Below, one piece after another: positions 1 through 10,734 of a stretch of DNA of 43,171 bases. A program made the position numbers and the translations under genes. The stretch covers positions 1 to 43,171 of the forward strand of contig JAZDIV010000023.1 in the NCBI GenBank assembly GCA_043804695.1. Direction: 5' to 3'. This stretch comes from PVC group bacterium (GTDB lineage: Bacteria > Auribacterota > Erginobacteria > Erginobacterales > Erginobacteraceae). Every line of letters starts with the position of its first letter. Position 1 is the stretch's first letter. The notes under the pieces were generated by a model. That model did not search any database and was not told the DNA's origin. It saw nothing but the letters and a program-made list of their open reading frames with translations.

Positions 1-213
1 TCGATCTTTTTACCCGAACATTGCTTTTAACCATCTGGGTTACCTCCGTTCTGATTGGGGTTTTTCTTGCCAACCAATCATATAACGGATCCCAGATGGT
101 TTTTTAGTGTTTTTTTAGCTCAGTGGTGCAATATTCAGGTAATACCATCCCCGGTGAGCTTGACTCACCGGAATGGAAGTTCACTTGCTATAATCTGATA
201 TCACAAAAAACGG

Positions 214-366
214 CCCCTGCCGCTTTATGCGGCAGGTGAGAAAATTCACCCGGAATTAGCTATGAACTTATTCACCCGTGACATAAAGTCACGGGGGCCT
301 TCTGGGCTGAAGAGATCCCAATGATAGCTGATAAACTGATTCACCTGCCGCATAAAGCGGCAGGGG
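214..366. repeat. Cluster of three REP-like palindromes (ATTCACC-stem-ATAAA-stem-GGGG family)
   Basis: CCCCTGCCGC-TTTAT-GCGGCAGGTGA at 214-239, CACCCGTGAC-ATAAA-GTCACGGGGG at ~273-297, TCACCTGCCGC-ATAAA-GCGGCAGGGG at 341-366. Same family recurs at 17804-17964 and 31922-31950. Confidence 0.8.
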
Positions 367-473
367 TATAAAACCTCAGAGATCGCTATCTCTTGTCTCT
401 TGTGCAGGAAAAAACATATAATATAATTTTCGCCGGACCACAATCTTTATCGGGCGGAAAGAGGAGAAGCCAG

Positions 474-1034
474 ATGCCTTTTACATTTACCGAGCATGAG
501 ATCCCCGGCGTGGTGATGATCGAGTACCGGAAGTTCGATGATAACCGGGGCTACTTCATGGAGACCTTCCGCGAGAAGGACTTTGCCGCCGGCGGCATCA
601 CCCTCCCCTTCGTCCAGGACAATTATTCCCACTCGGTCCGGGGGGTGCTGCGGGGGCTCCACTACCAGCAGGACCCCTGCGCGCAGGGGAAGCTGGTTCT
701 GGTCCTGAAGGGATCGGTCTTCGATGTCGGGGTGGACATCCGGAAGGGATCACCGACCTACGGGAAGTGGATCGGCGAGGTCCTCTCGGCCGAGAACCGC
801 CGGATGCTCTACCTCCCGCCCGGAATGGCCCACGGGTTCTGCGTGCTGAGCGAGGAGGTGGATTTCTTCTACAAGGTGACCGCCGACTACGCCCCGGAGA
901 CGGACCGGGGAATCATCTGGAATGACCCCGAAATCGGGATCGCATGGCCGATCTCCGACCCCATCTTATCTGAAAAAGACAAGAAACTCCCTCACTTCCA
1001 AAAGGCAGATAACAACTACATCTACAGAAAGTAA
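474..1034 (+). CDS. rmlC: dTDP-4-dehydrorhamnose 3,5-epimerase
   Basis: Motifs DNRGYFMETF, FVQDNYSHS, GVLRGLHYQ, QGKLV, VDIRKGSPTYGKW, PPGMAHGF. GAGGAG RBS before ATG 474. Confidence 0.96.
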   Translation: MPFTFTEHEIPGVVMIEYRKFDDNRGYFMETFREKDFAAGGITLPFVQDNYSHSVRGVLRGLHYQQDPCAQGKLVLVLKGSVFDVGVDIRKGSPTYGKWIGEVLSAENRRMLYLPPGMAHGFCVLSEEVDFFYKVTADYAPETDRGIIWNDPEIGIAWPISDPILSEKDKKLPHFQKADNNYIYRK

Positions 1035-1112
1035 TCAGTAATCAGTAATCAGTAATCGGTGATCAGTGAGTTCTGTGCTGTGAACTGCCGATTACCGATC
1101 ACTGTTTACCGA

Positions 1113-3197
1113 TTACCTTCTTTTCCCCAAAGCGGCGGCCTTTTTGACCAGGTCGATGAACTCGGCCCGGTAGCCGTGGGGGTCTTCTCCCCTGCCCGCT
1201 TCGGCCAGGTCGAGGACGATGGAGAAGGTCGCGTTCCCCCGGTGTTCCGAATCGCGCAACAGCATCCCGAAGGAAGCCACGGCGGCGGCGAACGCGAAGT
1301 CGGCATCAGCATCCGCGAACGTCTTGCCGGTGTCAACGACCGGGAACTCCAGAAGCCTGCTCTTCTCCCCGTCCGGTTCCTTGTACCTGAGTTTCAACGT
1401 CAGGAGTTCGCCGCCGGCGGCCGCCCCGGCAGTTCCGGCCGGGCGCTGATACTTGAGGGGATCAACCTCAGGCAGGTCGATATCACTCCCCGGCGGGACG
1501 ATCTCGTAGAGCGCGGTGACGGTATGGCCGGCGCCGATCTCTCCCGCGTCTTTGGTGTCGTCATTGAAGTCCTCGTCCCGGAGCATCCGGTTCTCATAGC
1601 CGATCAACCGGTAGGCCGCCACTTCGGCCGGATTGAACTCGACCTGAATCTTGACGTCCTTGGCGATGGTGACGAGCGTCGATCCCATCTCCTCGACCAG
1701 GACCTTTTTCGCCTCCCGGATAGTATCTAGGTAGGCATAGTTCCCGTTCCCCTTATCGGCCAGCTGCTCGAGCGCGGAGTCCTTGATGTTCCCCATCCCG
1801 AACCCGAGGACGGTGAGAAAGACCCCGCTCTTTGCTTTATCTTCGATCAGGCGGACGAGATCTCCCCGATTGGTGACGCCGACGTTGAAGTCCCCGTCGG
1901 TGGCAAGAATGACCCTGTTAACTCCTCCATCGATAAAATGTTGAGCGGCGGTATCATACGCAAGCTGGATGCCGGCGCCTCCGTTGGTCGAACCGCCGGA
2001 TTCCAACCGCTCGAGCGCGTCCCGTAACGCTTCCTGATTATCACCGGTCGTGGAGGGTAGCACCAGCCCCGAGGCACCGGCATAGACGACGATCGCCACC
2101 CGGTCGTTCCCGTTCAGCTGCTCCACCAGCATCTTCATCGCTCTCTTTAGAAGCGGCAGCTTGTTTGAGGGAGACATCGAACCGGAGACGTCAAGGAGAA
2201 AGACCAGGTTGCCCGGCGGGCGCTGTTTTTCCGGCATCTCCCAGCCCTTGAGGCCGATCCTGACCAGCCGGTGTTCCGGTTTCCAGGGACAGCCCGCGAC
2301 CTCGACAGCGGCGGAGAACGGCACGTCACCCACGGGAGGAGCGTAGTCATAGCTGAAATAGTTGACCATCTCCTCAATCCGGACGGCGTCTTTCGGGGGC
2401 AGATTCCCGTTGGTAAGGAATCGCCGCACGTTGGCGTAGGAGGCGGTATCGACGTCGATCGAGAAAGTGGAGAGCGGGTTTTGAGTTGCTTCCAAAAAGG
2501 GGTTATCAACGATGTTGTCGTAGGCTTCCGTATCGTGTCCCGGCCAGTAGACTCTGGAGGGGTCATCATGCCAGTCCGCGAAACCCCGGGTGGCTCCTCC
2601 GGCAATATAGTCCCTCGATTTCAGAGTGGACGGTGACCCCGGTTTCGCAAGGTTCACCCCTCGAACACTCCATAGGCCATCCTTCCTCTCGTAAGAGCGA
2701 ACTGAGGCTTCTTCCCTGCACGCTAATTCTCTCGGCTCATTTAAAACTCTTGCCCCCAGCCGAGCGGCTTTATCCGTCACTGTTCTCTCCGATTGCATCC
2801 GCGCGAGCATAGCTCCCTTCTTCCCTCTGCAGATCTGTTGAGTGAACCGGGGCATGACCATAATACCGACACCGACCAGGATCAGCAGGAGAACTGCCGC
2901 ATAGGCGAGGCGGCGGACCTGAATCCGGCCGGGAAGCCATAATGCGAGCCCCGGTCTTCTCCGTGATCGGGCGGTAAGGTTAATGATCTCTCTCCTCTGT
3001 TCCGGCCGCAGGGCATAGGCCGGCGCTTCTTTGAGTGCCTCGCCGGTCAGTTGTACCGCCGCCTCCAGTTCCTGCACGATTCGGCGGGCGGTCTCATCGG
3101 TTTTAAGAGCTCTTGCCACCGCTCTCCGTTTCCGGAGAGAAAGCTCATCCAGAACGTAGGCGGTGAGTACCCGGTCGTTCAGTTTGATCTTCATCAT
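1113..3197 (-). CDS. YfbK-like vWA-domain protein with N-terminal anti-sigma-like segment and one TM helix
   Basis: [70 protein letters not shown]-terminal LTAYVLDEL and a hydrophobic helix at about aa 97-116. Confidence 0.92.
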   Translation of the reverse strand: MMKIKLNDRVLTAYVLDELSLRKRRAVARALKTDETARRIVQELEAAVQLTGEALKEAPAYALRPEQRREIINLTARSRRRPGLALWLPGRIQVRRLAYAAVLLLILVGVGIMVMPRFTQQICRGKKGAMLARMQSERTVTDKAARLGARVLNEPRELACREEASVRSYERKDGLWSVRGVNLAKPGSPSTLKSRDYIAGGATRGFADWHDDPSRVYWPGHDTEAYDNIVDNPFLEATQNPLSTFSIDVDTASYANVRRFLTNGNLPPKDAVRIEEMVNYFSYDYAPPVGDVPFSAAVEVAGCPWKPEHRLVRIGLKGWEMPEKQRPPGNLVFLLDVSGSMSPSNKLPLLKRAMKMLVEQLNGNDRVAIVVYAGASGLVLPSTTGDNQEALRDALERLESGGSTNGGAGIQLAYDTAAQHFIDGGVNRVILATDGDFNVGVTNRGDLVRLIEDKAKSGVFLTVLGFGMGNIKDSALEQLADKGNGNYAYLDTIREAKKVLVEEMGSTLVTIAKDVKIQVEFNPAEVAAYRLIGYENRMLRDEDFNDDTKDAGEIGAGHTVTALYEIVPPGSDIDLPEVDPLKYQRPAGTAGAAAGGELLTLKLRYKEPDGEKSRLLEFPVVDTGKTFADADADFAFAAAVASFGMLLRDSEHRGNATFSIVLDLAEAGRGEDPHGYRAEFIDLVKKAAALGKRR

Positions 3198-3767
3198 CTA
3201 TACCTCCGGGGCCGGTTCCAGTCCGGCCCCTAATCTCTTTCGTATCGTATTCAAGGCCCCGGTCAGCAGGCTGCTGACCGTCCCTATCGATTTTCCCATC
3301 ACCCGGCCGATCTCCCGGTAGGTCAACTCATCGTTGAACTTGAGATGGCAGGCCTCCCGCTGGTCAACCGGAAGTTCGTTCAGCACCGCCAGCACCAGGC
3401 GGCGGGACTCCTCCCGTTCGGCCTGCGCCGCAGGCCCGGGCCGCTGACTGGGGAGACGGCTGAGCTGCTCTTCATGTAACGGCTGCATGCGTCCCTCCTT
3501 CTTCCGGACGTCGAACGCCCGGTTCCGGCAGACCCGGTAGAGCCAGGCCGGCATGCGGTCCCGCACTTTTGTCCGGTCGGCCCGGCAAAGCTTGAGGAAG
3601 GCATCCTGGACAACGTCCCGGGCGCTCTCGAGATCACCGGTTATCCCGAACGTGTACCGGATCAGGGCTTGCTCGTAATCCTGGAGCATTGCGCGGATCC
3701 AGGCGGCTTTACTGAGTCTGTCGTCAGGTTCGGTCACGTACGGTTTCTCCAAAGTTGGGGCGCCCAT
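3198..3767 (-). CDS. ECF-type RNA polymerase sigma factor
   Basis: Region 2 (ARDVVQDAFLKL, AWLYRVCRNRAFD) and region 4 (LPVDQRE, LTYREIG, SIGTV). Abuts the vWA gene. Confidence 0.93.
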   Translation of the reverse strand: MGAPTLEKPYVTEPDDRLSKAAWIRAMLQDYEQALIRYTFGITGDLESARDVVQDAFLKLCRADRTKVRDRMPAWLYRVCRNRAFDVRKKEGRMQPLHEEQLSRLPSQRPGPAAQAEREESRRLVLAVLNELPVDQREACHLKFNDELTYREIGRVMGKSIGTVSSLLTGALNTIRKRLGAGLEPAPEV

Positions 3768-3960
3768 GCATCATATATAACGATTGAGGAGATAGCCTGT
3801 TCAGGGAAAAAACTCAACTATGCAATGTACTGGTTAATCTTGTATTCGCTCCGGCACGGGCGATCATCTGGGCAATCACAAGGATCGCCCCTGCCATCGG
3901 CCACCGGGGGGTTATAGCCCGACACCATCCCGTAGGGGCGAATCTTGTATTCGCCCCATC

Positions 3961-4998
3961 TTAATAGGCGAATTGACGGAGGTTCTTCTCGAAGGGGGGG
4001 TGGATCAGGCCGCGCTCGGTGATGAAGGCGGTGATCAGGTGGTGAGGAGTGACGTCGAAGGCCGGGCAATAGGCCTTGACCCCTTCGGGGGCGACCCGGA
4101 CTCCGCCGAACGAGGTGAGCTCCTCCTGACCCCGTTCCTCGATCGGGATCTGTTCCCCCTCGGCCAAGGAGAGGTCGAGGGTGGATGACGGCCAGGCCAT
4201 GTAAAACGGGATTCCGTGGGCCCGGGCCAGGAGGGCCACCCCATAGGTCCCGATCTTGTTGGCGGCGTCGCCGTTGGCGACAACCCGGTCGGCCCCGGTG
4301 ATCACCAGGTCGATCTTCCCTTCTTTCATCACCTGGGCGGCCATGTTGTCGCAGATCAAAGTCACGTCAATCCCCTCCCGCATCAATTCCCAGACCGTCA
4401 ACCGCGCGCCCTGGAGGAGAGGCCGGGTTTCGTCGGCATAGACTTTGACCCGTTTCCCTTTCCCACACGCGACATAGATCGGGGCCAGGGCGGTCCCTAA
4501 GCCGGAGGTCACCAGCCCCCCGGCGTTGCAGTGAGTAAGAATCCCGTCGCCGTCCTTGATCAGGGACGAGCCGGCTTCCCCGATCGCCCGGCACATCGCC
4601 CGGTCCTCCTCTAAAACAGCGACGGCTTCCCGGCACAGTATCTCCTTCAATTCCCCAACCGAACGGGCGCTGTTCCGGCGGCCGGTCTTCTTCATCCGCT
4701 CCAGTGCCCAGAAGAGATTGACCGCCGTCGGGCGCGAAGTGGCCAGGTAATCAGCGGCATCGTTCATTTCGTCAAGAAACGCTTCCGCGTCCACCGCCGT
4801 GCTTCGGAGCATTTCGGCGGCAACCCCCATGGCGGCGGCGATCCCGATCGCCGGGGCGCCCCGGACCCGGAGCTTTTTTATCGCTTCCCACATCTCCTCT
4901 TTGGTCCCGATTTCTTTCACTTCATACTTTCCCGGCAGGAGGGTCTGGTCGATGATCCGAACCACCCCGTCCTGCATCTCGACGGTTTTTATGTCCAT
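3961..4998 (-). CDS. mtnA: S-methyl-5-thioribose-1-phosphate isomerase
   Basis: IDQTLLP, VRGAPAIG, SRPTAVNL, LTHCNAG, ETRPLLQGARLT, GADRV..NGD.ANKIGTY, PAFDVTP. Start reassigned to ATG 4998. Confidence 0.96.
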   Translation of the reverse strand: MDIKTVEMQDGVVRIIDQTLLPGKYEVKEIGTKEEMWEAIKKLRVRGAPAIGIAAAMGVAAEMLRSTAVDAEAFLDEMNDAADYLATSRPTAVNLFWALERMKKTGRRNSARSVGELKEILCREAVAVLEEDRAMCRAIGEAGSSLIKDGDGILTHCNAGGLVTSGLGTALAPIYVACGKGKRVKVYADETRPLLQGARLTVWELMREGIDVTLICDNMAAQVMKEGKIDLVITGADRVVANGDAANKIGTYGVALLARAHGIPFYMAWPSSTLDLSLAEGEQIPIEERGQEELTSFGGVRVAPEGVKAYCPAFDVTPHHLITAFITERGLIHPPFEKNLRQFAY

Positions 4999-5251
4999 AG
5001 AATTACTCTCCTTTTTCAATCCACTTCGCAGCCTGCGTATATATATCCGGCTGAATGGAGTATTGGAGTAGCCGCCTTCGCCATAGTAGCCTTTGGCTAC
5101 GACGGCCGAACTGGAGTGATGGAGTACTGGAATACCTCTCGGGCAACGGGAAACCATCACTCCATCATTCCATCACCCCATTACTCCATTTTGGCCGAAA
5201 CTGATTATTTGATGATCCGGGAATTATAAAAATGCTAATGACCCAGCTTCA

Positions 5252-6367
5252 TCAATTGCTCAATTCGAACACCAGCACCGTGAAGGTCAAAAACAGACCG
5301 TTGTGAATGACGTGGATGAAGATCGGGACCAGGATGGAGCCGGTTTTCTGGTAGCTGCCCGCGAGCAGAATCCCGAGCCCGAAGATCGGCAGCCACCCGG
5401 CCCAGTTCAGATGCAGTGTCGAAAAAACCGCCGCGGTCAGGATGGCGGACCAGAAGACGCTCATCCTCTGCTTCAGGGCCGGGAAAAGAAGCCCCCGGAA
5501 AAAAAGTTCTTCCGCCAGCGGCCCCAGGAAAATTCCGATCGCGAAGAGCGGCCAGATAAAAGAGGTCTCCCCCGCTTCCAGGAGCGGCTGTACCAGCGGA
5601 TGGGGCTGGAAAGGAACGCCCAGGGCTCGGGTGACCCCCAGTGAAATGAGAATGAGGGCAACCAGGGCCGGGAAGAAGAGGATATAACCCCGGACGGCCT
5701 GCCGTGCGCTCCCTTTCCAGTCCATTGACGCCGGTCCCGGCAGCCGGGCCGGCGGGAGGACGGTCCGGCGGGCGGCCTCGGGATGAGCGGCCCCGGCGGT
5801 CATCCGTTCTGCGCCCCCGGGGGGAGACACGGGGGTCGCCGCCCGGAACTTCTCCAGGAAATAAAGAACGAGAACGATCAGGAGAGAGAATTGGAAAAAG
5901 GCATTTCCCAGAAGCCGCAGCTGATAGACCCGCGCCCGGGGGAAGCCGGCAAAATCGACGACGAGCGCCTCCAGTCTCTGAAAGAGCAGAAGCAGGCAGA
6001 TGAAATAGACGGCGACTTTTGCTACCGGCCAGATCCCCCACCCCGCTTCGGGCGGGGGGCCGGGCGAGAAAAATCTCCAGTCCCGTCCCAGGAGCCCCTG
6101 AACGTTCAGGACCAGACCGGAGGCGGCCAGGGTGAGAAACACGACAGTGAGGAGCCGGAACATAATCGCCGGAACCGGCGGAGCATCTTCCAGTCCGATC
6201 GCCCGGCTGAGCCGGGACCAGTCCGGAGAAGAGTCCCGGGCGGCGGGTCCTTCCGGCAACGGTCCCGCCGTCAGGATCAGGGCCGCCGCCAGGAGAACCG
6301 CTCCCGCGACCGCCCTCTCTTCTTTGAGCTTCCTGAAGCAGACCTGAAGCGCGGATTTATTTTTCAC
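5252..6367 (-). CDS. CPBP/CAAX-family intramembrane glutamic endopeptidase
   Basis: Multiple TM helices. PLAEELFFRG, FSTLH and PIFIHVIHN motifs. Confidence 0.9.
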   Translation of the reverse strand: MKNKSALQVCFRKLKEERAVAGAVLLAAALILTAGPLPEGPAARDSSPDWSRLSRAIGLEDAPPVPAIMFRLLTVVFLTLAASGLVLNVQGLLGRDWRFFSPGPPPEAGWGIWPVAKVAVYFICLLLLFQRLEALVVDFAGFPRARVYQLRLLGNAFFQFSLLIVLVLYFLEKFRAATPVSPPGGAERMTAGAAHPEAARRTVLPPARLPGPASMDWKGSARQAVRGYILFFPALVALILISLGVTRALGVPFQPHPLVQPLLEAGETSFIWPLFAIGIFLGPLAEELFFRGLLFPALKQRMSVFWSAILTAAVFSTLHLNWAGWLPIFGLGILLAGSYQKTGSILVPIFIHVIHNGLFLTFTVLVFELSN

Positions 6368-7425
6368 CTGATCTCCCGGCGATCCGCCGGCCCGGCTCGC
6401 CCGGCATTTTCGGAGGCACGGGATTCAGATAACCGGTCCGAAAAATGCACCGCGATCCGGTCTTTTTCTTCGGTAACAATGATTCCGTCCGCCCCTTCCA
6501 CATCCCCCAGCAGCTTGAGCCCGTCCTTGGCCCCCACGACAAAGAGCGCGGTGGCCAGGGCGTCGGCGGTCGCGCAGTCGGGGGCGAGGACGCTGCTTTC
6601 CACGACGCCGGAACCGGCCGGGCGGCCGGTTCGGGGGTCGATGATGTGCGAATAGCGCTTCCGGCGGCGGACGAAATAGTTCCGGTAATCCCCCGAGGTT
6701 GCGACCGCCCGATCCGACAGCTCCAGGACGGTCAGCACTTCATCGTCATCTCTCGGGTGCTCCATCCCGATCCGCCAGCGGCGGCCGTCGGGGTACCGAC
6801 CCAGGCAGTAGATATCGCCTCCGGCATTGACCAGGGCGCTCTTGATTCCCTTCGAGACCAGGAGCGCGGCCAGGCGGTCCACCACGTACCCCTTGGCAAG
6901 GCCTCCCAGATCGATCGTCAGGCCGGGAACCCGAAAACGGACCGTCCGGCCGGAGCGGTCCAGCTCGATCTTCTCCCATCCGCAGCGGGAGAGCGCCTGA
7001 CCGATCTCCTCGCCAGTCGGGAGACGCCCCTTTCTCTGCGGGAAGAAACCCCAGATCTCCATCAGGGGCCCGACGGTGACGTCGAAGGCGCCGCCCGTTA
7101 ACCGGCTGATCTCGACCGACCGCGAGAGGACCGCCATCATCTCCCCGCTCACCCCGACCGGTTTCAGGCCGGCCTCCCGGTTGATGCGGTTCAGTTCGCT
7201 TTCGGGCATATACCGGCTGAAGATCTTTTCCAGCCGCTCCGCCTCGGACCAGCACGCATCCAGAGCATCGGCCGCCCGGCCGGAGCCGGGCGCCGCCAGT
7301 TCGATGGAGAGCACCGTCCCCATCATCATCCGGGACTCTTGATAGAGAACGGGCCGGCGGCAGCTCGGGGAAGCCAGGAAACCGATCAGGCAGGCGGTGA
7401 TGTAATATCTTTTCAATCCCTGCAT
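6364..7425 (-). CDS. apbE: FAD:protein FMN transferase (lipoprotein)
   Basis: MMGT, SELNRIN, GAFDVTVGPL, DLGGLAKGY, NAGGD, ATSGDYRNYF, HIIDPRTG, ADALATA. N-terminal signal ending in Cys. Confidence 0.95.
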   Translation of the reverse strand: MQGLKRYYITACLIGFLASPSCRRPVLYQESRMMMGTVLSIELAAPGSGRAADALDACWSEAERLEKIFSRYMPESELNRINREAGLKPVGVSGEMMAVLSRSVEISRLTGGAFDVTVGPLMEIWGFFPQRKGRLPTGEEIGQALSRCGWEKIELDRSGRTVRFRVPGLTIDLGGLAKGYVVDRLAALLVSKGIKSALVNAGGDIYCLGRYPDGRRWRIGMEHPRDDDEVLTVLELSDRAVATSGDYRNYFVRRRKRYSHIIDPRTGRPAGSGVVESSVLAPDCATADALATALFVVGAKDGLKLLGDVEGADGIIVTEEKDRIAVHFSDRLSESRASENAGRAGPADRREIR

Positions 7426-7531
7426 CGGATATTGAACCGGATACGTAAACCCGGATTATCCATGAAAATTTTTCATTTCCATGAATAATCCGGGTTGATG
7501 GTACCCGATTAAATTTTTCCGGAGGAAAAAT

Positions 7532-7834
7532 TTAAATCCAGGAGAACCAGCCCAGATCAAAAATCTCGGAGACCGTTGCCAATCCCAGAACGATGACATA
7601 GACGATCAGGATGGTGAGCCCGATCGTCTCCTTGTATCTCCGGAAAAAGGGGAAGTCGGAACGGAAGAGGCAGTAGGCGAAAGCGGCCACCCAGAAGACA
7701 AGCATGACGATCAGAACGATCTTCTGGGGAGTGCTCAGCGGAGGGAATAATTGGGCAATCCCCCAGAGGGCGGCGGTCAGGCAAACAATGAGAAGCAGGA
7801 ATATCTCCCCATGTTTTCGCAAATAGTTCATCAT
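7532..7834 (-). CDS. Small membrane protein (about 3 TM helices)
   Basis: Hydrophobic 100-aa ORF overlapping the upstream stop (ATGA), with AGGAGGAG RBS. Confidence 0.75.
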   Translation of the reverse strand: MMNYLRKHGEIFLLLIVCLTAALWGIAQLFPPLSTPQKIVLIVMLVFWVAAFAYCLFRSDFPFFRRYKETIGLTILIVYVIVLGLATVSEIFDLGWFSWI

Positions 7835-8889
7835 CTCCTCCTGGACGTTGCTCTCAAGGTGACGGTGATTTCAGTCGCATCATCTATCCGGGCCTGGAGA
7901 TTCTTTCCCGGGATCACCTGCTCCAGCACCATCAGCAGATCGAGACCCTGCTTCAACCGGCTGCGGCTGCTGAGCACCAGCCCGTCCTTGATATCAAATT
8001 CGACAGTGCCGGTCAACAGGTGAGTGGACCGTTTTACACCCGAGAGGGGCCTCCCCCCTTCTTCCGGGAGGCTCTCCTGCTCGTATCTGCCCGTAAAATC
8101 GATCAGCGCGATCTTTTCTTCTTTCCCCTGGAAGCCCCGGAAAGTTGAATCGAGCTTGACCGCCCAGGTTTCTCCCCGGTCCCAGGGGCTCCCCGCTCCC
8201 GGAGCGGGTATCTCAACCTCCCTCGACCAGCCGGCGCCGACCGGCACCTCCGTTTCCGGGAACTCGGGCTGAATCCGCTCCCAGAGATTATCGAACTTGA
8301 GATAGGGGAAGCGGCGGCCCGGGGAGGGCGGAACCCGGGCGGCGATGATCCTGCCCCGCGGATCGACTTCAACCGTGAAGGTTTCCCCCGAGATCCCGCG
8401 CAGGGGGAAATCCTCATCATCGGCAGTGATTTCTTTTTTGACTGTTTCTCCTTCGACGGTCCTGAGGCTCCGGTCGGTGAGGATGATGGTCGACTCCCGG
8501 TCCCGGACCCGGTTGGTCATGGTGAGATGGAAATCTTTATAGGAGACGGAGATGGCAGCGGTCCCTTCCGGGGAGACGGACTCCACTGCGGCCTCCAGGA
8601 GATAGCTGCCCTGGATCCGGACCGGGAGAACCAGTCTGTCCCCCTCTTTCTTTGAGCCGACCTCCTCCATGGTGACTGTCCCCTCCCCGGTGAGATAAAC
8701 ATCGTACTGGAGAATGTCGCCCGGCTGGAAATGATAGCGGAGAAGATAGCCGGGAGGCGTCGGCTTTTGGCAGCCGGCGGCACCGAGGAGGATCAGCAGC
8801 ACACCGGCGGTAAAGGCGGCCTTTACCGGCCGGGGAACCGCCCCGCGCCCCCGATCAGGGATTATTCCGATAGAGCTCACAGCTTTCAC
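7831..8889 (-). CDS. Hypothetical beta-rich lipoprotein (start uncertain)
   Basis: Hydrophobic stretch plus lipobox LLGAAGC. LRYHFQPGD and FPETEVPVGAGWS motifs. In operon with neighbours. Confidence 0.7.
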   Translation of the reverse strand: MKAVSSIGIIPDRGRGAVPRPVKAAFTAGVLLILLGAAGCQKPTPPGYLLRYHFQPGDILQYDVYLTGEGTVTMEEVGSKKEGDRLVLPVRIQGSYLLEAAVESVSPEGTAAISVSYKDFHLTMTNRVRDRESTIILTDRSLRTVEGETVKKEITADDEDFPLRGISGETFTVEVDPRGRIIAARVPPSPGRRFPYLKFDNLWERIQPEFPETEVPVGAGWSREVEIPAPGAGSPWDRGETWAVKLDSTFRGFQGKEEKIALIDFTGRYEQESLPEEGGRPLSGVKRSTHLLTGTVEFDIKDGLVLSSRSRLKQGLDLLMVLEQVIPGKNLQARIDDATEITVTLRATSRRR

Positions 8890-8902
8890 CGATCGCAGAT
8901 GC

Positions 8903-9664
8903 CTACTTGGCCGGACGGCCGCCCGACGGGAGAGGCAGCCGCTGGCTTTTTTCCAGCAATTCGCTGACAACCGGCGCCATCTCCTTCCGGGCGGCCAGTT
9001 GTCTGAGAGCGGAGATGATGATCGCCTTGTAAAACCAGTCCACTTCCGAACTGTTGACCAGGTTCACCAGGGCCGCGGCCGATTCTTCAACCGGGGTGTG
9101 GGCCAGATCCCAGATGGCCGCCTGACGCATCTGGTCCGGTTGATCCGGGTCATTGAAGATTTTCAGCAGCGGCTCGACGACCCGCCTGTCCTCGATGTAT
9201 CCCAGCATCTGCATCGCCAGCAGGCGATGGTCCGCATCTCCCGTGCCGGTCTGGCTCAGGATATAGCTCTGATACCGGGAATAATTATAATCGAAACGGC
9301 AGAGCGCTTGCGCCGCCCGCAGCTTCAGCCCGGGGGCAGCTGTCTCCTGCCAGATCTTTTCGATTTCGGGCGCCGCCGGCCGATAACGGATGACGGCCAG
9401 GATTTCGATCACATTCTCCTTTTCTCCGGCGGGAGATGAGGCGAGGGCCTGAAGGAGAGCGGGGCCGGCCTGCTCTCCCATTTTGGCCAGCACGGCCTTG
9501 GCCCGGATCCGGGCGGCCGGGTCGGCTCCTTTCAGATCACCGATCAGGGTACCGAGATCAGGGGCTTTCTTTTCAGGAGCGGGCTCATCGGCCAACGGTG
9601 CGGAAACGGCAGAAACAACAGTTAAAAGGGCAATCGCCGCGGCGACTGAGATAATCATTCTCAT
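8903..9664 (-). CDS. Secreted HEAT-repeat protein
   Basis: Signal peptide followed by HEAT-like units (RIRAKAVLAKMG, RLLAMQMLG..EDRRVVEPL, RQAAIWDL). Start uncertain (9664-9712). Confidence 0.8.
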   Translation of the reverse strand: MRMIISVAAAIALLTVVSAVSAPLADEPAPEKKAPDLGTLIGDLKGADPAARIRAKAVLAKMGEQAGPALLQALASSPAGEKENVIEILAVIRYRPAAPEIEKIWQETAAPGLKLRAAQALCRFDYNYSRYQSYILSQTGTGDADHRLLAMQMLGYIEDRRVVEPLLKIFNDPDQPDQMRQAAIWDLAHTPVEESAAALVNLVNSSEVDWFYKAIIISALRQLAARKEMAPVVSELLEKSQRLPLPSGGRPAK

Positions 9665-9801
9665 CTTTTTTTGCTCCGGTAATCTGGTCCATTGTTTTAC
9701 TGCGGCCATCATACTATAATTACCCCTGCATTCCAAATAGTAATCTTTGTCCATAACTGACCCGATCAGTATGCGGGTTAACGGGAAGCCGGTACTATAT
9801 T

Positions 9802-10605
9802 TTACCGGGAGTTCCCCCTCAATCGATCCGCTCCCCCTTCCCGGGAGAGATGCCACTTCTCCAGTTCCGGCAGGAAAGAGTAATTGGTCATGTCGTAGTG
9901 GAGCGGGGTGACGGCGATGTAGTTCTCCATCAGCGCCTGGTGATCGGAGCCGGGGTCCTCTTCCGGCGAATCCATCTCACCCCCCAGCCAGTAGTACGTC
10001 CTGCCCCGGAGATCAATCCTTTCCTCCATGATTTCCTGAAACCGGGCGCCGCCCTGGTGGGTCACCCGCACCCCCCTGATCTCTTCCTCCGGGACGGCGG
10101 GGACGTTGACATTGAGGAGAAGTTTGGGGGGCAGCCCCCGGGCCAGTACCGTCAGCGCCAGCGACCGGGCGAACCGCGCCGCGGGTTCATAATCGGGTTT
10201 GGTAAAGGTGCCCAGGGAGACGGCGATCGCCGGAATCCCCATGATGGAAGCCTCGGTGGCGGCGGAGACGGTGCCGGAGTAGATGACGTTGGTCCCCGTG
10301 TTGGGCCCCAGGTTGATCCCGGAGATGACGAGATCCGGGGGGCGCTCCAGGAGCACCTTGACGGCGACCTTGACTGAATCGGCAGGAGTACCGGTGACCC
10401 CGTAGCCGTACAGGGTGCCGTCCTTGAAAACCTTGATCGCCCGCAGGGGTTCGGTCAATGTGATGGCGTGGCCGGCGGCGCTTCGCTCGGAGTCGGGGGC
10501 GACGATCATTACCTCCCCCAGGCTCCCGATTTCCCGGGAAAGCGCGTACAGCCCGAGCGCGTTGATGCCGTCATCATTGGTGAGAAGAATCAGAGGCCGT
10601 GTCAT
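9802..10605 (-). CDS. surE: 5'/3'-nucleotidase SurE
   Basis: ILLTNDDG, GTPADSVK, SGINLGPN, YSGTVSAATE, LNVNVP, VTPLHYD. Confidence 0.97.
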   Translation of the reverse strand: MTRPLILLTNDDGINALGLYALSREIGSLGEVMIVAPDSERSAAGHAITLTEPLRAIKVFKDGTLYGYGVTGTPADSVKVAVKVLLERPPDLVISGINLGPNTGTNVIYSGTVSAATEASIMGIPAIAVSLGTFTKPDYEPAARFARSLALTVLARGLPPKLLLNVNVPAVPEEEIRGVRVTHQGGARFQEIMEERIDLRGRTYYWLGGEMDSPEEDPGSDHQALMENYIAVTPLHYDMTNYSFLPELEKWHLSREGGADRLRGNSR

Positions 10606-10734
10606 GTATCATGATTCCTATCTAAAAAGTTGTTACCCGGACAGGTTTCTATCCTCGACGTAATAATATATAATGACAAAATCCTCAGCCGGAGGCTGAT
10701 CCGCCTCCGGCGGAGAATGACGAAACCCGAATGT

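Noticed and set aside
5730..5835. In-frame repeat insertion in the CPBP protease (Pro/Ala-rich loop)
   Set aside because: No palindrome, TSD or match to the window's repeat families was visible.
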